From an uncultured delta proteobacterium (GTDB lineage Bacteria; Desulfobacterota; Binatia; Binatales; Binataceae): DNA of 64,000 nt. Location: the NCBI GenBank assembly GCA_963724765.1, contig CAVRVY010000003.1:1606247-1670246 (forward strand), given 5' to 3'. A model generated the notes under the pieces. That model saw only the letters and a list, made by a program, of their open reading frames with translations. It had not been told where the DNA came from and did no database searches. Position 1 is the stretch's first letter. Each line of letters starts with the position of its first letter. Below, in pieces: positions 58,458 through 64,000 of the stretch. A program made the position numbers and the translations under genes.

Positions 58458-59370
58458 ACTGTTAGAGCGGACGGTCACGGGGCACCTTCTCCTTGCAGGA
58501 TTTGTGCGCTCCCCAGCTTCAGCACGTAGCATAAGCGGATGCGCAGTTCACCTGCGGACAAGGGCGCTTCAGGATCGCGTATATGGCTGGCCATCGAATC
58601 CAAAAAGTTGTGATGCAGCGTGTTCAAGGCCGTCAGAAAAATATGCCATAGAGTGTGGCTAGTTTTTACTTGTTGATCATAGTAATTGACCCGGAATGGT
58701 GCTGCTCGACGAACTCGGCGGCTGAAGTGAAACATCGATGCGCCACATGACACGCAATCCAGAAGACGCTCGCCGTCCCAAAGGGCGAGATGAACGCCGA
58801 GAACTTCATCGTTTCCAGGCGTAACCGCGTTCTTGATAGTAGCCAGTGTACCGCTCGCGTTGCTTTCAGCCCGAGCCGCATTCGCGCGCGGCAGGCGTTA
58901 TTTAGTGACTGGGGTGATCGGGCGTTGTTACGGTCGGCATTATGCGTCCATGGCTTTTGTTTTCCCCGCATCTCGCCAAGATGGCGGAGTCGGGTGACGG
59001 TATGCTCGTCCACTGCCGGAGCGTGGCCACGGCTACGGTCACCAGCGATGCAAAAATTATGGTGCCGCGCGGCGTTGACCTGGACGTGGGCCGCGGCGAG
59101 GTGGATGTTGGTCGGGCTGTCGCGCAGCGGGAAGAGGACCCCCCTAGCTCTTTCATCGGGGGCATCCTGGACCGGGACGGCGGTGAGTGCCTGGTGCTCG
59201 GTGGCGACCTGCAGCATATGGACACGAGCCAGCGCGCGCGCTTTCGCGGCGTATCGATTGGATTCGATGGCCAAAGGGGCAGCCAGTGTCGCCGCATGAC
59301 GCTTGCCTTCTTCACTCCGCACCATCTCGCGCAAGCCGTTCGATGAGCTCGACGGCGCGAAAAAGTACCC

Positions 59371-60438
59371 TCAGCAAATACGCGGGAGTTGCGCGCCGGC
59401 GAGAACGTCGAGGAGACGGTTGTTCCGAACGCAGTTCGCAGCAGCACACGCGGCGCGTCGCTTCGGGTGACGATGCCGATGCGGCAGGAGTTGCTGCCCA
59501 GCGGATGACGGCGCATCGCGGCGAGCACGTTGTCCGCAGCCGCGCTATCGACGATCGCAACCAGCCTGCCCTCGCATGCGACATATAAAGGATCGAGGCC
59601 GAGGATTTCGCACGCTGCGCGGACGCCGTCGCGCACTGGCACCGCCGTTTCCTCGATGAGTATTTCCACGCGGGAGCTTTTCGCCAGCTCGTTGATCACC
59701 GTCGCGACGCCGCCGCGCGTGGGATCGCGCATGCATCGAATCGCCCCGCCGCTTTCCAGCATCGAGGAACAAGCCCATTGAGCGGGGCACTGTCGCTGAC
59801 GGTCGTGGTCTGGAATTCAAGCCCCTCGCGCGCCGACATCACGGCAATTCCATGATCTCGGATCGGGCCGCTCACTAAAACTGCGTCGCCAACCTGGATT
59901 CGCTCGGGGCCGAGCTCGATATTGCCTGCGACCACACCGATGCCGCGCTGGTCGTGATGAACAGTCCGTCGGCCTTGCCGTGCTCGACGACTTTCGTGTC
60001 CGCCGCGATTACCGCAACGCCCGCGCGGTCGGCCGCCGCGCGCATCGATTCGACGATCGCTTCGAGTTCCACGATGGGAAACCCCTCTTCGAGGATGAAC
60101 GCGGCCGACAGGGCGATCGGCTGACTGCCCGCCACCGCCAGATCGTTGACCGTGCCGTTGACCGCGAGTGCGCCGATGTCGCCAGCCGGGAAGCGGAGCG
60201 GATTCACCACGAACGAATCTGTAGTGAACGCGATGCGACTCGCGCCGACCTTCATTTCGGCGCTGTCGTTGAGGCGATCCAGGAGCGGATTTGAAAGCGC
60301 AGGCAGAAAAACGGTGCTCACCAATTCCGCCGTCAGCCGCCCGCCGCTTCCATGCCCCAGCACGATGACCTCATCCTTCGAAGCCGGCGGTGGACAGCTA
60401 AACGAGTCCAGAGAGCCGTTACGATTTGAACCGCTCAT
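59371..60438 (-). CDS. hypE: Hydrogenase maturation protein HypE (three apparent 1-bp deletions)
   Basis: [37 protein letters not shown]-terminal QLPRIC. Confidence 0.92.
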
Positions 60439-61544
60439 TTTGCCTCCGTCGCCGCTACCGCAAGGCGACCGGCGCGAAAATACGCGGCGCATACGCCTTC
60501 CGCCGAAACCATCGGGGCACCGAGTGGGTGATCTGGCGTGCACGAGCTTCCAAAGGCCGGGCATTGTTGAGGTTTGAGCAAGCCGCGCAGCACCTCGCCG
60601 GCGCGACATTCTATCGGCTCATCAGCCGGCACCCGTGTCAGATCGAATCGCCGAATTGCATCGTAAGCAGCATAACGATCGCTCAGGCCCATCGCGCTTT
60701 TTGGCAGCGTGTCGAGTCCGCGCCATCGTCGATCGACGAAGGTGAAGACCTGCTCCATCAGATCGCGCGCGGCGACGTTGCCCTCTTTCCTCACTGAGCG
60801 CGCGTATTGATTTTCAACCTCGGCGCGGCCTTGTTCGAGCTGCGCCACACACATCGCCACGCCCTGCAGCAGGTCTACCGGCTCGAAGCCGGTGATGATT
60901 ATCGGCAGTTTGAATTTCTCCACGAGCGACCGATACTCGTCGATACCCATGACTGTGCATACGTGGCCTGCCGCCAGAAATCCCTGCACGTGATTGTCGT
61001 CTGAAGAAACTATCGCCTCGATCGCCGGCGGAACGCGTACGTGCGCGGCGATAACGGAAAAGTTGGAGACCTTGAGGCGTGCCGCCTGATGCACCGCCAT
61101 CGCAGTGGTCGGCGCCGTCGTTTCAAAGCCTACCGCAAAGAACACCACCTCGCGCGAAGGTTCGCGGCGCGCAAGGTCAAGCGCATCGAGCGGCGAATAA
61201 ACCACGCGCACATCGGCGCCGGTGGCGCGTGCGTCGAAAAGATCGCAAGTCGAGCCGGGCACACGGAGCATGTCGCCAAACGAACATAGTGTGATCCCCG
61301 GGCGTTTGGACAGCTCGATTGCAAGGTCGATCATCTCGATTGGCGTCACGCATACGGGGCATCCGGGACCGTGAACCAGCGTCACTTCGAGCGGCAGCAG
61401 CTCATCGAGCCCGTAGCGGACGATCGTATGGGTCTGCCCGCCGCAAACCTCCATGATGGCCCAGGGCCGCGTGATCGTTCCACGAATCCGCTCAAGCAGC
61501 GTGCGCACGACGGCCGCATCGCGAAATTCGTCGAGGAATTTCAT
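60435..61544 (-). CDS. hypD: Hydrogenase maturation protein HypD
   Basis: [34 protein letters not shown]. Confidence 0.98.
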   Translation of the reverse strand: MKFLDEFRDAAVVRTLLERIRGTITRPWAIMEVCGGQTHTIVRYGLDELLPLEVTLVHGPGCPVCVTPIEMIDLAIELSKRPGITLCSFGDMLRVPGSTCDLFDARATGADVRVVYSPLDALDLARREPSREVVFFAVGFETTAPTTAMAVHQAARLKVSNFSVIAAHVRVPPAIEAIVSSDDNHVQGFLAAGHVCTVMGIDEYRSLVEKFKLPIIITGFEPVDLLQGVAMCVAQLEQGRAEVENQYARSVRKEGNVAARDLMEQVFTFVDRRWRGLDTLPKSAMGLSDRYAAYDAIRRFDLTRVPADEPIECRAGEVLRGLLKPQQCPAFGSSCTPDHPLGAPMVSAEGVCAAYFRAGRLAVAATEAK

Positions 61545-61789
61545 GACTCGTCTTCGTCCGCGAGTTGCGTCTGGATTTCGCGGGTCAGTTCCAGCGTTCG
61601 AGCCGCTTCTTCTTCATCCACTATGCTGATCGCAAAGCCCGCATGCACGATCGCGTAGTCGCCGACGATTGCCTCCGGCACATAGGCGAGACACACCTTG
61701 CGGGTGACGCCGCCGAAATCGATTTCCCCCATCCGGAGACTCTGCTCATTAACGATTCTGACTACCCTGCCGGGCACCCCAAGACACAT
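61541..61789 (-). CDS. hypC: Hydrogenase chaperone HypC
   Basis: MCLGVPG, VHAGFA. Confidence 0.97.
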   Translation of the reverse strand: MCLGVPGRVVRIVNEQSLRMGEIDFGGVTRKVCLAYVPEAIVGDYAIVHAGFAISIVDEEEAARTLELTREIQTQLADEDES

Positions 61790-64000
61790 TATGAACCTCC
61801 AGCGACTCAGAATTCAGCCGAGCGGCCGCGACAACCGCTTGCCCTAAAGCCAATCCGCCATCGTTAGCCGGCACCCGACGATGAACCAGGACGGTGAATC
61901 CTTCTCGCTCGATGCGCTGGATCGCCGCCGCTTGCAGCAGGCGGTTTTGAAAACATCCACCGCTGAGCGCCACGATGGCGATGCCGCTCTTCGCGCGCGC
62001 GTCCAAAGCCATTCGCGCCGCGACCTCGGCCATCGTGTCGTGAAAAGCCCGCGCAATCTTCGCCTTCGGCGTTCCGTTTTCCAAATCTCCAACAATCGCG
62101 CCAATGATGTCTCGGGTGTGGATAACCTCGTCGCGGATGGAGATCGGATAGATGTGATTTGCCGGAGGCGAACTGCGCGCCAGCGTTTCCAGTTCGATCG
62201 CAGCCTGCGCTTCGTAGGTGATTTTGTCCCGCACACCAAGCAGCGCCGCAACCGCATCGAACAGCCGGCCGCAACTGGAAGTCTGAACCGTGTTGATGCG
62301 GCGATCGACCATCGTCGCGAGAATGCGTGCGTGTTCTCCGCCGACTAGCCTTGATACTGGATCGTCACACTTTGATCCAAACAGTGCGATCAGAAACGCA
62401 GCCGCGATTCGCGCCGGATGACGAATCGCGGCATCGCCTCCGGCAAGCGGCAGATATTGCAGATGCAAAACCTGGCGGAAGCTGATGTAGTCGACAATCA
62501 TCGCCTCGCCACCCCAGATTGCGCCATCAAGGCCATACCCGGTCCCATCAAAGACGACGCCGATCACGGGACCCCCATACCCGGTTTCAGCCATGCACGC
62601 GGCGATGTGCGCGTGATGGTGCTGCACGCTCATGGGTCGTACACCGAGGCGCGCTGCAACTTCGCGCCCGAACGATTGCGGATGCAGATCGTGAGCGGCG
62701 ACGCGGGGCGTGACACCGCTCATAGTGATCCATCTCTCCAGCGAATCGCGAAAGTGATCCTGCGTTGCCATGCTCTCCAGCGTGCCGATGTACTGACTCA
62801 TCAGGGTGTCGCTGTTCGCCAGGAGGCAGGAACTGTTTTTGATGTCGCCGCCCACACCGAGAATCGGAACCGGGGCTGTCACCGGCACGCTGAGCAAGCG
62901 TGGTGTGCTCCCGCGGCTCAGACGAGCAGGTTGCGGCCCATGCGGCCCGACGATCCAGACCCCGTCATCGCAGCGCTGATGAATCGGCCAGTTGTGGAAC
63001 AGGAACGCGTCGACTTGATCCGCGGATACGCACGCGCTTCGTCTCCGTCTCGAGCAAGCGGCTCTCCCGGCAGATTGGCACTGGTCATAACGAGAGGGCG
63101 AGCGACATCGCGCATGATCAAATGGTGCAGCGGCGAGTAGGCGATCATTACTCCGACGTGGTCGTTACCCGGCGAGATCGCCGGTGCGAGTCGAGCGCTC
63201 GCGCGTCTGCGCAACAAAACGATTGCCCCCTGCAGCGACTGAAGAGCTCGGCTGATCTTCCGAGACATACGCGAGGCTTAGCGCCGACTCGATTGAATGG
63301 ACCATCACGGCGAGGGGTTTGTGCACTCGCCGTTTGATAGGGCAACGTGCGACGCCTGTTCGCTGCTCGCGTCGCAGGCGAGATGGACGCCGCCGAGGCC
63401 CTGAACAGCAACAATGACGCGTGCACCGAAAATTGCCGCGGCGCGCGCGATGCAATCTTGACCCGTCCCCACGGTTTTCCACTCCGGCGCAGTCACTTCA
63501 AGCCACGCTTTGGGACCGCACTCGCGACACGCGATCGGCTCGGCTCTGAAGCGCCGATTGAGGGATCCAGATACTCGCGACCGCATTGGTCGCACAGCGG
63601 AAAGTCGCGCAACGTGGTGCTCTCGCAATCATAGGGCGGCGCATGAACCACGGTGAATCGCGGACCGCACGAAGTGCAGTTGGTAAACGGATAGCGATAG
63701 CGGCGATCGGCAGGATCAAGGATTTCGCGTACGCAGTCGGAACACGCGCCGAGGCCGGCGGAATGGTGGTCGCGGTGCGCCCGCGCTCACTCGGCATCGC
63801 GACAAAGTCGATATCGTTTCGGAGCGGGGAGCGCTCGGACTCAATGCGATCAATCGCGGTCAACGGTAAAACTCCGCCTGCAAGCGGCGGCGAAACTCGC
63901 GCAGATGAGCACGGTTGCCTTCGATTTCGATCTCGACGCCGGAAGGGGCGTTACGCACGAAACCTGCGAGTCGCAGTGATTTCGCCAGCCGCCAAACAAA
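61749..64000 (-). CDS. hypF: Carbamoyltransferase HypF (5' end beyond the window; several frameshifts)
   Basis: Acylphosphatase GFVRN, YPFTNCTSCGPR, ACRECGP, VMTSAN, QHHHAH, DGTGYG, SSCGRLFD, PANDGGL. Confidence 0.95.

Noticed and set aside
58666-59334. hypA candidate after hypE
   Set aside because: No MHE start or paired CxxC motifs in the frames examined
1-64000. CRISPR array, rRNA or intact tRNA
   Set aside because: No regularly spaced repeat-spacer array or full cloverleaf noticed; manual inspection only

Overview
GC-rich bacterial chromosomal window; the gene content loosely suggests a soil organism such as Candidatus Binatia, but that assignment is a weak inference. About 1-21.5 kb is a general-stress island: a stressosome operon (rsbR-rsbS-rsbT, an RsbX-like phosphatase, two histidine kinases), K+ channel, DUF3147 pair, GT4 glycosyltransferase, DksA/TraR, AI-2E, UdgX, DUF2252, aldo/keto reductase, two ferritin-like proteins and DUF72. 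Many of these genes have sigma-54-type -24/-12 motifs upstream. Two IS elements with resolvable ends interrupt this island: an IS1595 carrying a trypsin-like protease, and an IS5. About 22-41 kb holds a multicopper oxidase/Spy cluster, EmrAB- and RND-type efflux, a large STAND ATPase and the DUF2844/DUF3443 pair. About 41.7-52.5 kb is a patchy accessory region: a membrane protein plus subtilase-TPR operon, a fused hydantoinase/oxoprolinase, a TIGR02391 protein and transposase remnants. It is followed by kdpFABC, dedA and hypFCDE. No CRISPR array, rRNA or intact tRNA was seen. Several frameshifts are single-base losses in short homopolymers and are probably sequencing errors. The best novelty candidates are the TM-effector/subtilase-TPR operon, the IS1595 protease cargo with promoters in both TIRs, a standalone 24-aa SEC-C microprotein, and a possible sigma-54-driven stress regulon.
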